Shown here: one piece after another, positions 25,817 to 37,004 of the stretch
Position numbering within the stretch: the stretch's first letter is position 1
How the letters are laid out: the number at the start of each line of letters is the position of its first letter
Notes under the pieces: generated by a model
Told to the model about the DNA's origin: nothing
Seen by the model: only the letters and a program-made list of their open reading frames with translations
Databases searched by the model: none
Translations under genes and position numbers: made by a program
Virus record (IMG/VR): IMGVR_UViG_3300024259_000084
DNA length: 38,717 nt
Direction: 5' to 3' (one strand)
DNA from: a virus

Positions 25817-28800
25817 TTATTTAACGTTAAGTGGGGTAGATGGTGAGTCTGTTGTTACAAGTTTTGTTGGACTTGTTATTGTTATTTCTACTGCCGCTGA
25901 TTTATCTTCATATCTACTTCCATTATCTGAAACTGTTGTATCGTTAGTTTGAACACACCCAAGATAAAATAGTCTATCAGTACCCAAGGATTCATCCCAC
26001 TTATTATCTAAATCAGATAATACAAAACTTGATGAATATGGATTATGTAATGATGCACTTAATGAAGATGAATAATGATACTCAACTTCAGAATTAAAAT
26101 ATGATGTAACATTCGTTTCAATTCTTGGCATAACTACTTCTTCAAAAATTGATTTTTGACTTCCTAATTGGATTGTGGCATTATAATAATCACTTCCGTA
26201 CCATCCACTTTCATCTCTATCCCCTATTCCATATAAAGCTGGCATTTCTAATATATCCTTTCCTACATATGACCCTGTTCCTGATGCTACTTCTGAAAAA
26301 GTATGACTTGGTGCGTTATATGATACAAGGTCTGCAGAAAACACTACACTTGAACCGGTTTCTTGTGTTTTATAATTTAATTTAAATGGATCATATAAAT
26401 TTACATTTGAAGTAAAATCTTCATGTATAGCGGATGCTGAAATATAAGAACCCGTTTCATTTGTATGAAAATTAACATTAAATGGATTTAAATAATTCAT
26501 GTTTGTTTCTAATGGAACATATTCTGATGACGCTGAAATATATGACCCCGTTTTATTTGTTTTTGAGGATACTTTGAATGGATTACTATAATTTATATTT
26601 GCATCATAATTAGGATACTCCGAGCTCTCTGAAATATATGCCATGGTGTCAATAAATGTTGTGTGGTGTGCTGTCTCAAGTATTGGTTTCTTACCAATAA
26701 TTATTTTATCCCTTTCCAATACAGTTGGTTCTATCATAATTCCAACATTTGCATTTGCTCTTGCTGGAATTAAACTTTTTACTTGTTTATATAATGAACT
26801 ATCATAATATTTTAATAATCTTAAATAATCCCAGAAGTTATTTGGTCCACTATATTTCTGCCAATATAAATTTCGTGCCTCCACAAGTCCGGTATATTGT
26901 TCTTTGTACTGGTCACGTGGATCTCCAATATATTGGTCGAAATCAAGGTCTGGCATTGATAATATAATATCTTCATCAATTGGAGCAGATGGTGAAAAGT
27001 ATATTCCAAGTTTGTTAGAATCAATTGGAGCATTGTCATAAGCCGGTGTTGTAATACTTTCACCGAATTTTAATATTGGGTTTCCTATCTTATCATTTCT
27101 AACATCATCTTCTATTCTAATTTTTGTAGATGATCTACGAGATGGACCAAGATTTGGAACTTTCATTTTAGTTTCATCAACTACTGATGAGAAGTGATCT
27201 TTAAGTCCACTTGTAAAATTATATGGAACTGCAGATGAAGTGAATGATTGGTCTGCACTTGCATCTTGAAACCATTGATTTACTCCAACACTCAAATCTT
27301 TGTCATCATCGAATGAATAACGTGTGACTAAATCTGTATAAGATGCGGATGGGTGGTTTCCATCAAATGATATTGGAGCTGTCACATGATTATCAAATGA
27401 CGATTCTAATAGTGGTGTAGTCCAATTTCTATATTCCATCATAGAACCACTAAATGATTCACCGAAATCAACACTTTCTGGACCACCTATTGTAATTGTA
27501 TTTCCACCTCCATTATATGAAGTATTATATGATTGTGAAACAGCTCCTAATGAACCACTTACTGTCATTTCACTTGTGGATTCTAAATATATTTTACTTC
27601 TACCTACATCGTATTTTTTAGTGTATAATGTATAAACTACATCCTGACTTGTATCATCATCACTTAAATGAGTTCCAGATGCAGAAGTTCTGGTTAACAT
27701 TACCGAATAAAACTCTCCATCATATACTGGTAGTGCTGATGATGTTATTTCATTGTACCCTCTACTGCCACTTAATTTAAAATTAACATATCCATATTGA
27801 TCTGATGAGCCATTGTCTTTAAGTCCAATAGACCAATCTGTTCCTCGTCTAACTAATACTTGATTAGAACCCGTTACAGCTTTAAATCTAAATTCTATTG
27901 TGTCTGGTCGTCTACTTGTTGCTCCATCTCCTTGTGTAACTGCTTGCCAAGTATCATTTTGAACATAAGTGTTATTTGTTGCTCCGAAGAAATTTAATGC
28001 TTTTGTAAATTTTCTTGTTAAAAACGATTCTGCAGATTGTCCTGGTAGTTTTGGTCCACCATATTCCACAACACGTAAAATAGAAGATGGAATACCATAA
28101 CAACTTATCAGACCATTAATTGCTCTGGAGGTCCCTTTTGTTTTTAGGAAATATGGCATATTGTTTATTATACGACTCCATATTTCTCTGGATATATCTC
28201 TATCTGATGTTCCGCTAAATTGCCATGGAGTTTCTGAACCAGTTTGCTCCATTCCCAAAATGTATCGTGGTATGGAAACTAAATCTTTTCCATCATAAAC
28301 TTCCCAACCAAGTGATTGTGCAACAGGTTTTAATAAATCTCTTGCTAAACCACTATCTACACCATCTCGTCTATCATGAACATCGGTCATTGACTTTACG
28401 AATGCCCAAATGTCATCAAAATAATGACCAATCATATCTATAAAGTTTAAGAATAAGTCATTTTCAGAATCATCTTGGACAAATGTTGGAAGATTAACTC
28501 TTAATCTATTCATATTTTGTTTATCATATACAGATGATGAAATTATTTGATTATTATACCAATCAACAGCTACAGATTGTGTAACTCTGTAATTTATATA
28601 CGGGTCGGAATAAGTCCCAGTTCCAGATAGTTTCGGCCATGCATTGTCGTGTTGTATTCCAATGGAACTACTTGAATAAGATGAACTTTTGTTATACATA
28701 TAGTTTTCAAATTTATCAAACGTATTTATAGTTTCACGACGCTTTCTTTCCCACCATGCAATTTGAGTTGTAGAACCACTAATCGGAGATAATCCTGGAT

Positions 28801-31800
28801 TATATGATGATGACCCTGAAAGTGGGAGATAACCAGTTCCACTTAATGTTCCAGAAAGAGACGCACTTCTATCTGAATACATTTCGATTAAATCTAATTT
28901 ATATTTAAAATTCCGGACTCGTTTTTCTGCTGAACCAAAATGTATGAAATTATCGAATAAAAAATGATCAATATTGATATCTATACTTAAACTTCCACTC
29001 AAAAGTTCATTTTCTAAACTTTCTTTTATAGAAGAATCTGTTGTTGTTAATGAATCATATCCTTTATATTCTGTTTTTCCTGTTCCAATGGGACTATTAA
29101 CATTTCCAGGTTCTGGTGTACGAAGAACTATATCACTTATTTCTTCTTCAATAAAAGGAATGAGAGTACAAGTTTCTTCAATAGGTGGTATCATTTCCTT
29201 TACCACACTACAAAAATCTTGATCTTTTATGTCACCCTGTAACGGTTCATATAATTTATATACAGCTGAGTGTGGATATTCTGGATATGTAATCGTATCC
29301 AATTTAAAATTAGTTATCAAACTAAAATTATTAGGGCCAAATTTTATAAGTTTACTTAAATCTTCTTCGGTATCCCTTGGACTATTTATAAACCACTTTT
29401 CAAACCCATTTGAATTTTCATCATTTATAGATTGCATATCATATAATGAATACGAATCAAAATCATGACCAGCTTCATTTCCAAGTTCTTCATATGAATT
29501 TAATAACGTAATAGTATTTCCACTTATTCCAGCAATATCACCCCGTAGTGTTCCAAAGGTAGGTTCTACTGAATAAAGTGATGATGTATAATCTACACTA
29601 AATTCTGTAAATTCATTCCAAGGACGAATGTTTGTAGAATTATCAAAAACTGAACCATTGGGTGCTAAATTCTCATAAGTATCTTTTAAAATAATAGTAT
29701 TTTTATCTATTATGGTTTCAATTTCTGCAACCAAGTCCTCCGTAACAGGAATTTTATCAATAGTGGTTGATATTACAGTTCTTTGTATTTGTACATTTTC
29801 TACCCAAAGTATTCCTTCTGGACCATAGTGACCATATACATATAAAGATGTTGGTTTCGTTAAATCCCAATCTTCTTCTACTTCTGCCGTATAACTTACC
29901 TGTTCCCATTCATCAGTATTGGAAACTGGAATATACCTTTGAAATTCTCGTTGCCATGCGTGATGACTACCTTCCTCTAAAGTTGATGGATGATTTCCAA
30001 TATTAGATCCCCAATATTGACCAACTTCACTTTTTCTATGATGTAACAATCCAACCATTGCACCTTTTTTAATGGTATCGGATTTTTGCCACCAGGTTAT
30101 TGTAATGTTATCACCAACACTAATTCCTTGTGATGCCATTTCATATGGCAATGTTTGGGCTATACCCAACCATCTATGTGCAAGACCCATTGGTTGACTT
30201 TCAACTGTATTAAGTCCCGTTTTAAATGGACCATCATAACTTGTATGATTTGGAGCATCAAATTGAGAATTTTTATCGATGAATTTCATTACAGTATCAC
30301 CATATTGTCCTTCACCTTGTACCCATTTAGCGTGATATCCTAACCAACCACTGTGCCATCTTGATCTACTATTTTGTATATCAACACTCCCACCCCAATC
30401 GAACCAATTAAATCCATATGACCAATTTTCAACCTGTACTGCATCTTTATGTAATGCGGGATCCCAAGCTTTCCAAATTTCATCTGTTATGTTGAATGTG
30501 GGTGTCCACTCCCAAACTAAATTATTTTTTCTATTTCCATTATTCCAAATCCATTCACATTCTTCCAATTCTGGGTCATTATTACTCCCCCAAGTACCAC
30601 TGCTATTTGCGAGTCCGAGTGACTTCCACCCAGGTAAATTAGAAGTAGAACCATCAGCTTCAATAATTTTCCACACTCCAGGTGAAGTGGTAGATAAATT
30701 AGATTCAGATTCTGTATCTATTACATAATCACCGTCAACATCACCAGTTTTATATTCCGTTCCCTTATATGTTATTTTTGCTAAAAATGCTGCAGCACCG
30801 GAAATATTTTTTGTAACCAATCTGAGCTTATCTGACAGTGAAAAATCTGCTGTGCTGAAATCCTTACTTTGTCTCCAGTTATTATGTGATCCCAATTGAC
30901 TTTCATTGCCGTTTGAATCTACTTTATAAAGTATAAATTCATGGTCCGCTTGTATCCACACTTTTATTGTAGAATTCCCTATATCTGGAAAATCACCGTG
31001 GTATTTAGATTTTCTAAATTCTCCTTCATAATTAGTTATTTGAGTGGCATTAGAATTTTTTATTGAAATGTCATCCACAACTTTGATTTCAGTGACTTCG
31101 CTAAAATTTTCATCTACTACGAAAGCATCCTTAATGATAATTTTACCACTTCCTCTACTACCACCCTCTCCCATAAGGGATATAAATCCAGCATCTTCAT
31201 TCGATATTTCTGCATATAACTTATTATCATCTATAAAAGAAATTGTACCAGTTGTTTGGCTATCCATTTCTTCTTGTCTTGAACTGACCATATATGGACT
31301 TGGAGTTCCAGAAACACTTCCTGGTTCAACTTGAACATTTGTAATATACCTAATTCCTGTTTCTGTTACAGTGGTTTTTCCTAAAAGCCATTTTATAGTA
31401 CCATCGGAATTTTCTGGAATAGTTATAGTTTTATATTCACGCTTCCATTCATTTCCACTTATAATTTTAGTTTCAAATGTTCCACCTGCATTTTCAATTG
31501 AAGAGATATTAACCTCGGAGTCTCCCTTATTGATTTTTCCAGAAAATAATTCTCTGTTGGATGTCCAATCATCACTCCAATACACCCAACAACTCAATAT
31601 ATAAGTTTCATTTGATATTCCCTTTACAATAACTTCATACTTGTTATCAGATCCATTAGATGTTGTTTTTAATGTCCATGCACTATTACCTGGATTAGAA
31701 AATTTTTCTATCGTGTGATTATTTGATATTAACGATTTTTCAGTAATATCATTTCCATCAAAAAAGTTCCCATTGGAAACTAAATTTTCAGATATAGGTA

Positions 31801-32584
31801 ATGTTTCATTTTCTATTACAGGAGTATATTTTGATATTACTTCGGCACTCTCGTCCTTGTCTATAACAAATGCATTTCTAATTTTAAGAGTTCCACCTAC
31901 CATGGAATTATTTAATTGAATATCACCTGGACTATGTAAAGTTACAACTTTTCCAGTATCGTCAAATGTTAAATATGAAGTACCATTTACGATTGAATAC
32001 GCTAAACAAGTATAACATATTAACCTAAATTGCTCGTGAAAATCTGGATCATTTATTCCAGGATTTGGTCGTAATCTAATTTCTGTTCTTGAAGGTGATA
32101 TTTCTTGTAACCAAAATTTATCTTCTTGTATGAGAAGTTCTATAAAATTATTATTTTCATCTTTTAATGGTTCTTCTACAGTTCCAGCATATATTTTACC
32201 ATTTGTATCTACCCAATGTGGGTCATCTGACTGATAAATACTTCTATCATTTTTATAAACCAAAATAAACTTATCACTGCCACCAAGTTCTCGTAAAAAA
32301 TTATAAACTATTTTATAAGTTCCCCTTTCATATCCAAGACTTCTAACATGAGAACCAACATCCAACTTTGGTGGAAGCGGATGTGGAAGTTTTCCTGATG
32401 CTATATAATTGTCTGATGTATCATATAAATGAAATTCTATAACATCAGTTGGTGATTCACCAAATGGTATAGGTTCGTCTCCAACATCTAATCCAGAAAT
32501 ACTTATCAAAGGAAGATTTTCAGAATTTAATCTTGATAATTTTCCAGTTACATTATCTAATGTTAATTGTTTTTTTCTTGGCAT
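25817..32584 (-). CDS. Large baseplate protein (gp7/P2 gpI-like wedge core with lectin/CBM-like and LamG-like domains), 2255 aa
   Basis: LKTKGTSRAINGLISCYG (tail_P2_I-like); PDTIEFRFK...FSGSMMEYRNW (LamG-like); CBM-like NLVSNGNF...YILSCWV and ITITWWQKS...LWVENVQI; follows gp25/gp6 genes. Confidence 0.7.
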   Translation of the reverse strand: MPRKKQLTLDNVTGKLSRLNSENLPLISISGLDVGDEPIPFGESPTDVIEFHLYDTSDNYIASGKLPHPLPPKLDVGSHVRSLGYERGTYKIVYNFLRELGGSDKFILVYKNDRSIYQSDDPHWVDTNGKIYAGTVEEPLKDENNNFIELLIQEDKFWLQEISPSRTEIRLRPNPGINDPDFHEQFRLICYTCLAYSIVNGTSYLTFDDTGKVVTLHSPGDIQLNNSMVGGTLKIRNAFVIDKDESAEVISKYTPVIENETLPISENLVSNGNFFDGNDITEKSLISNNHTIEKFSNPGNSAWTLKTTSNGSDNKYEVIVKGISNETYILSCWVYWSDDWTSNRELFSGKINKGDSEVNISSIENAGGTFETKIISGNEWKREYKTITIPENSDGTIKWLLGKTTVTETGIRYITNVQVEPGSVSGTPSPYMVSSRQEEMDSQTTGTISFIDDNKLYAEISNEDAGFISLMGEGGSRGSGKIIIKDAFVVDENFSEVTEIKVVDDISIKNSNATQITNYEGEFRKSKYHGDFPDIGNSTIKVWIQADHEFILYKVDSNGNESQLGSHNNWRQSKDFSTADFSLSDKLRLVTKNISGAAAFLAKITYKGTEYKTGDVDGDYVIDTESESNLSTTSPGVWKIIEADGSTSNLPGWKSLGLANSSGTWGSNNDPELEECEWIWNNGNRKNNLVWEWTPTFNITDEIWKAWDPALHKDAVQVENWSYGFNWFDWGGSVDIQNSRSRWHSGWLGYHAKWVQGEGQYGDTVMKFIDKNSQFDAPNHTSYDGPFKTGLNTVESQPMGLAHRWLGIAQTLPYEMASQGISVGDNITITWWQKSDTIKKGAMVGLLHHRKSEVGQYWGSNIGNHPSTLEEGSHHAWQREFQRYIPVSNTDEWEQVSYTAEVEEDWDLTKPTSLYVYGHYGPEGILWVENVQIQRTVISTTIDKIPVTEDLVAEIETIIDKNTIILKDTYENLAPNGSVFDNSTNIRPWNEFTEFSVDYTSSLYSVEPTFGTLRGDIAGISGNTITLLNSYEELGNEAGHDFDSYSLYDMQSINDENSNGFEKWFINSPRDTEEDLSKLIKFGPNNFSLITNFKLDTITYPEYPHSAVYKLYEPLQGDIKDQDFCSVVKEMIPPIEETCTLIPFIEEEISDIVLRTPEPGNVNSPIGTGKTEYKGYDSLTTTDSSIKESLENELLSGSLSIDINIDHFLFDNFIHFGSAEKRVRNFKYKLDLIEMYSDRSASLSGTLSGTGYLPLSGSSSYNPGLSPISGSTTQIAWWERKRRETINTFDKFENYMYNKSSSYSSSSIGIQHDNAWPKLSGTGTYSDPYINYRVTQSVAVDWYNNQIISSSVYDKQNMNRLRVNLPTFVQDDSENDLFLNFIDMIGHYFDDIWAFVKSMTDVHDRRDGVDSGLARDLLKPVAQSLGWEVYDGKDLVSIPRYILGMEQTGSETPWQFSGTSDRDISREIWSRIINNMPYFLKTKGTSRAINGLISCYGIPSSILRVVEYGGPKLPGQSAESFLTRKFTKALNFFGATNNTYVQNDTWQAVTQGDGATSRRPDTIEFRFKAVTGSNQVLVRRGTDWSIGLKDNGSSDQYGYVNFKLSGSRGYNEITSSALPVYDGEFYSVMLTRTSASGTHLSDDDTSQDVVYTLYTKKYDVGRSKIYLESTSEMTVSGSLGAVSQSYNTSYNGGGNTITIGGPESVDFGESFSGSMMEYRNWTTPLLESSFDNHVTAPISFDGNHPSASYTDLVTRYSFDDDKDLSVGVNQWFQDASADQSFTSSAVPYNFTSGLKDHFSSVVDETKMKVPNLGPSRRSSTKIRIEDDVRNDKIGNPILKFGESITTPAYDNAPIDSNKLGIYFSPSAPIDEDIILSMPDLDFDQYIGDPRDQYKEQYTGLVEARNLYWQKYSGPNNFWDYLRLLKYYDSSLYKQVKSLIPARANANVGIMIEPTVLERDKIIIGKKPILETAHHTTFIDTMAYISESSEYPNYDANINYSNPFKVSSKTNKTGSYISASSEYVPLETNMNYLNPFNVNFHTNETGSYISASAIHEDFTSNVNLYDPFKLNYKTQETGSSVVFSADLVSYNAPSHTFSEVASGTGSYVGKDILEMPALYGIGDRDESGWYGSDYYNATIQLGSQKSIFEEVVMPRIETNVTSYFNSEVEYHYSSSLSASLHNPYSSSFVLSDLDNKWDESLGTDRLFYLGCVQTNDTTVSDNGSRYEDKSAAVEITITSPTKLVTTDSPSTPLNVK

Positions 32585-32886
32585 TATAGTTCCGTAAATT
32601 CTCTGTCTATTATTTTATTTAAATCTTCATTTTCATCATAATCAAAATAACCATGAGACCAAGTAATCTTATTATTTTCTGGATGACCTGATCCATCGGT
32701 TCCCTGTCCTGGGGTTATCTTTTCAAATAAAATTATATTTCCTGATGTTGAATCTCTTAAAATTCCATCTGTTAGATTTCCGGTGGTGGTTCTCTTTTGA
32801 ATAACTTCTATATATTTTGCTTCATCGCGTCTTGTAATTTCTTGATAGAAATCATTAACCTTTAATTCTTCTTTGTTATATGGCAT
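32584..32886 (-). CDS. Hypothetical virion protein (about 100 aa, MPYNKEEL...)
   Basis: ATG at 32886 lies 1 nt after the preceding stop; TAATG coupling with the next gene; the ORF-track start at 32958 overlaps the upstream gene. Confidence 0.65.
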   Translation of the reverse strand: MPYNKEELKVNDFYQEITRRDEAKYIEVIQKRTTTGNLTDGILRDSTSGNIILFEKITPGQGTDGSGHPENNKITWSHGYFDYDENEDLNKIIDREFTEL

Positions 32887-32887
32887 T

Positions 32888-34006
32888 TTATCTTTCCACT
32901 TTGAAACTGTTCTTTTCGTCAAAATATTGAACAGTTTCATCGGCAGTACCACTACCACTTACTATTTTATAATTTATTCTGTAAAATCGTTCTGATTGTA
33001 ATCCGTTCATCCAGAAGTTAAAATAGTTTCCGGTTGAATCACAACTAACTACTGAACCACTGCCAAACGGAACAATAACATCATCTGTATAAGCATCTTT
33101 TATTTGATAATATGTACTGCCACTTGGAAGAGTTTTTACCGTATTATATCCGGTAGTATATTGAGTTGATGAATATGACCGTTCTGGAAACATTTCCCTA
33201 CCAACAACTCTAAATTTTACTTTTGAATTTTCTTTATACTTTTCTCTAAACCCTCTCATATAAATTTGCACATCTTCTAAATTAGCTGATGATAATGCTG
33301 TTAATGAACCAGTTACCCATTTTGAATCATCCCAAACTACTTCTAATTTTGGGGGATAAATTGTGTGAGTTTCCCTTGAGAAAAAACTGAAATTTCCATA
33401 TCGTGTAGTATTTCCTTCTTCAACATCAGAATCAGTATTTCCAATGCTACCACTTCTTTTTACCATAAATCCCTCGTTTGAAACTGTACTGTGTAACCAT
33501 TTCCACATAATATCAGTTACATCCATTCTTACATCTGCTGGTTCATTTGTAAAAGATTGTGATGCTTCGTATCCACTTCCACTATACCACGTTCCACCAG
33601 ATCCAGAAACAGTATTCCATTGGGTTCTTGTTATCCCATTATCTTTCCATTTCCAACCTGCTCCATCTTCTACGATTGGAGAAAGATTATATCTTCCAGA
33701 TCCATTCTCCCATGATTGACTTACTGGATATGAGTATAAAGTTTGATCTACATTCAATGCAGATGAATTTGCATCAAATAAATTTAAATAAAATTTTGTG
33801 CTTGAACCGGAAGTTATTAAACCAGATGATACTGATTGAGAAATATAAGTTAAATCAAATTTAACGAGTGCTCTTGAAACATATATTTGAGTTCCGGCTA
33901 CATTCATATCTTTTCTTATTTCTAAAATTTCATCCAACCCTGTATTCATGCTATGACTTTGTTCGTAAAGTGTTGTGTCCTTTTCACTAAATTCAAAATA
34001 ATGCAT
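32888..34006 (-). CDS. DNRLRE/CBM96-like domain structural protein (372 aa)
   Basis: SRALVKFDL...W.NG.G...DVT.I...W.....NEGF...FSRE.....PKLEV pattern; TAATG coupling to the wedge gene. Confidence 0.65.
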   Translation of the reverse strand: MHYFEFSEKDTTLYEQSHSMNTGLDEILEIRKDMNVAGTQIYVSRALVKFDLTYISQSVSSGLITSGSSTKFYLNLFDANSSALNVDQTLYSYPVSQSWENGSGRYNLSPIVEDGAGWKWKDNGITRTQWNTVSGSGGTWYSGSGYEASQSFTNEPADVRMDVTDIMWKWLHSTVSNEGFMVKRSGSIGNTDSDVEEGNTTRYGNFSFFSRETHTIYPPKLEVVWDDSKWVTGSLTALSSANLEDVQIYMRGFREKYKENSKVKFRVVGREMFPERSYSSTQYTTGYNTVKTLPSGSTYYQIKDAYTDDVIVPFGSGSVVSCDSTGNYFNFWMNGLQSERFYRINYKIVSGSGTADETVQYFDEKNSFKVER

Positions 34007-35934
34007 TATATATCTCCCAATACTCTTCCCCTAATATCTGTATCTGGGAATTTAATTTCAAAAATTGCTGGATCAACCGATGGGTAAACTGTCCCATTAA
34101 ATGTCGCACTTTGAATATCATAAATATTATCTGAATATCCAGAAGATGTTCCCCATTTGTTTTCTACTATAACCAACTCATCTCTATTTTCAAGAGGTTT
34201 AACTATTGTAGCTACACCATCAACTTTTAATAACTCTGAAGCTATTCCTGATAGAATAATTGGTTGATTTATTTGCCACCTATCTATATTAAAATATGTT
34301 TTTAGTGAATCTACACACTTCAACAATACTTCATTTTTATTAAATCCTTTTTTTGTATAAATTGCAAATTGCAATCCTATATTTATTACCCAAGCATCTT
34401 TTAATTGAACTGCATCTGTCATCATTCTATATTGACTTAAATAAATTTTTACATTTTCTTTTACTGCAGTATTTAGTCCGACTAATTTTTTACTTTGATT
34501 ATATCCCAACATATACATATTTAATGCTAATGGGTTTGGTTGAAATGTTGTATCTGACTCATTTTGACCTGTTGCAGAAACTTGTTCATCTTGGATCATA
34601 TAAACTTTAGATATATTGCCATATTTTGATGGTAATGAATATACACGAGTTATATAATCATCCTTGGTTACTGCACGACCTTGAGCTTGAAAATATGCAA
34701 GTGCATTAGTTCGTACATTTTCTATTGTTTCACCACTACTACCACCTGTTGCTGGGTTTGGGTTAGTAACTGCTATAGAATTTTGAGTACTTGTTTTTAA
34801 ACTCGCATCTAATGTTAAAGAATTATCAAACTCTGAACTTATCAATGAAATGTTATTTATTCCGTTTGATGCGACATTATCACTAATACCACCACCGTAA
34901 CTATATTTTATTGTTAATGTAGTATTTGTTGGAACTTGACCATACGTATCTGTATTTAAAAAGTTTGCTGGATCAAATGAAGTATCAAGAAAACTTGGAG
35001 TTCCTGGTAGACTAGACCCAACGTTATTTGGGTTTGGTATTATTTCTTCATCTGCTCCAGAAGCTACTCCTGAGCCGAACCTTAATTCGGTTTTTTCGTC
35101 TGTTCTAATGTAAGTTTTAAATCTCTTTGAAGTTTTTACAAGTTTCAATAAAAATGGTGCAAAATTTCTACCATTCACTAAATCTGGTGAATTCTTTGAA
35201 GTGTTTTCAAAGTCTGCATATACAGTATCTTGTGCTAAAAATGGGACTTCATACCATTTGTTTCCATCACTATCCGTTACTGAAATTATTTCTAAAATTG
35301 GAGTGTTTTGTAAAACTACTCTTTTATATTTTTCAGCAGAACCAAATGTAATATATTCAGTAGAAACCGTTCCACTTACAGCCTTTGCTGATTTTTTAAG
35401 TAACCACTTTGTAATGTTACCACTATCATCCACTTCAAATATGTCTTCTTGTCGTGGACTCATTGAACTTGAATTTCTAAAAATTACATCATCCACACTT
35501 CTAAATACCGTGCCATTTGTTGAAGTTGCTTGTAATCCGTTGGATACATTAAGACAATAATCTTCATTTGGTTGCCGTTTTCCATCTACTACATTATTTG
35601 GATCTGATGGAACGGTTTGGAACACGTCAAGTGTTACCGAAGATGGAGATGATAATTTGGGCTTATATCCATATCCTTGAACTATTTCATAAATTGTTTT
35701 CTTTTCTTCTGCAAATGATAATAAACTTTCTTTAAATTGTTCATCAATATAATATGATAAAACGTCTCCAACATATGATGCCATTTCTATAAACATCATC
35801 CCAGGGTCTGCTTCATTAAAATCATTATATGTGTTTGGGAAATAGGTCTGTGCATATTCTATTAACCCATCCCTGAAACTACTAAAATCTTTATTTAAAT
35901 ATTTTACATCTCTGCTAAGTCCATGTTTAGCCAT
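34006..35934 (-). CDS. Baseplate wedge subunit (T4 gp6 / baseplate J-like)
   Basis: YLNKDF...YFPNTYNDFNEADPGMMFIEMASYVGDVLSYYID and RAVTKDDY motifs; adjacent to gp25. Confidence 0.88.
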   Translation of the reverse strand: MAKHGLSRDVKYLNKDFSSFRDGLIEYAQTYFPNTYNDFNEADPGMMFIEMASYVGDVLSYYIDEQFKESLLSFAEEKKTIYEIVQGYGYKPKLSSPSSVTLDVFQTVPSDPNNVVDGKRQPNEDYCLNVSNGLQATSTNGTVFRSVDDVIFRNSSSMSPRQEDIFEVDDSGNITKWLLKKSAKAVSGTVSTEYITFGSAEKYKRVVLQNTPILEIISVTDSDGNKWYEVPFLAQDTVYADFENTSKNSPDLVNGRNFAPFLLKLVKTSKRFKTYIRTDEKTELRFGSGVASGADEEIIPNPNNVGSSLPGTPSFLDTSFDPANFLNTDTYGQVPTNTTLTIKYSYGGGISDNVASNGINNISLISSEFDNSLTLDASLKTSTQNSIAVTNPNPATGGSSGETIENVRTNALAYFQAQGRAVTKDDYITRVYSLPSKYGNISKVYMIQDEQVSATGQNESDTTFQPNPLALNMYMLGYNQSKKLVGLNTAVKENVKIYLSQYRMMTDAVQLKDAWVINIGLQFAIYTKKGFNKNEVLLKCVDSLKTYFNIDRWQINQPIILSGIASELLKVDGVATIVKPLENRDELVIVENKWGTSSGYSDNIYDIQSATFNGTVYPSVDPAIFEIKFPDTDIRGRVLGDI

Positions 35935-35954
35935 TTAATTTCTCCATTGTATTG

Positions 35955-36389
35955 TCACTGTGCTAATTCACTATATGATTCAAATTGCTCAAAACTTATA
36001 GACACTTGTGCAGACATTCCAGGTTCGAATGATAATCCAAAGTCTATTGATATATTTACTGTATTTCTTCCGTAATCTGGAAGTTCCACTTTAAGTTTTT
36101 TAATATTTACATATGGAAGCCATTGTTCCATAGATTCTCTAATTGCCTCCTCTAATTTATCATTTAAATTCTCATCCATTGGTTCAAAAATAACTTCATT
36201 TAATCTTGAACCAAATTCTGGTTGACCCACCCTTTCACCCTTCATAGTTTTCAATAAATTTACTATATTGTGTTTTGCCTGTTCAAGAGTTGTATTTGTT
36301 TGAGTAAAATGACCAGTGTTGGAATATCCCATTGGTAAACTCAGACCAATGGATACATCTGGATTTAAATCTTTTTCTCTTGCTCCCAT
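35955..36389 (-). CDS. Baseplate wedge protein, gpW/gp25 family
   Basis: NIVNLLKTMKGERVGQPEFGSRL..IFEP; AGGAGA SD. Confidence 0.92.
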   Translation of the reverse strand: MGAREKDLNPDVSIGLSLPMGYSNTGHFTQTNTTLEQAKHNIVNLLKTMKGERVGQPEFGSRLNEVIFEPMDENLNDKLEEAIRESMEQWLPYVNIKKLKVELPDYGRNTVNISIDFGLSFEPGMSAQVSISFEQFESYSELAQ

Positions 36390-36399
36390 GTATAGTCTC

Positions 36400-36993
36400 C
36401 TACCTATTTATTGTTTCTTGACCAACTATTAACCCATCTTTTACTATAATTCTTTTTCTAATATATGATACAGTTCCATTTTCATTTTCAATAGTATCAG
36501 TTACTATAAAATCTTCTGTTAATCCGATATCACCATCCTTTGATTTATAGCCACCAGTCCGTATCTTTCCATCAAATTTAATTTCTTTACGATTAAAAGT
36601 AATATTTAAACTATCAAAAATATTTCTAAATATTATTAACTGTTTTGCTGCATCAATATTTGATTTAGCTACTGTTCTAAATCTTTTTAGTAATCTTGAT
36701 AATTTAGTTTTCTTAGTTTTAGGATTAGTTTGTACCCGTCTAATATTTAACTGTCCTTTTGGTGTTAAATATAAACTACCAGGTAACCTATTTTCTAAAT
36801 AAGACTTATTATCAAGTTTATCTATCTCATCTTCACCAGTTAAATAGGAATGTATAGCATCAGCTTCTTCAGCTGCCAATTTAGCATTTTCTTTTCGTAT
36901 TCTACGTTTAGTTTCAGTATCTTGATCCTTATAAATTCTATCATTTTTTATTTTTTCAAGTTTGTACTTTAAAAACTGTTTATCTAATGCCAT
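36400..36993 (-). CDS. Hypothetical protein (197 aa)
   Basis: Co-oriented ORF in the baseplate operon; ends RIIVKDGLIVG. Confidence 0.65.
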   Translation of the reverse strand: MALDKQFLKYKLEKIKNDRIYKDQDTETKRRIRKENAKLAAEEADAIHSYLTGEDEIDKLDNKSYLENRLPGSLYLTPKGQLNIRRVQTNPKTKKTKLSRLLKRFRTVAKSNIDAAKQLIIFRNIFDSLNITFNRKEIKFDGKIRTGGYKSKDGDIGLTEDFIVTDTIENENGTVSYIRKRIIVKDGLIVGQETINR

Positions 36994-37004
36994 TATTTAT
37001 CTCA

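Noticed and set aside
32887-32958. ORF-track N-terminal extension of the 124-aa ORF
   Set aside because: Overlaps the upstream gene by about 70 nt; the ATG at 32886 directly follows that gene's stop
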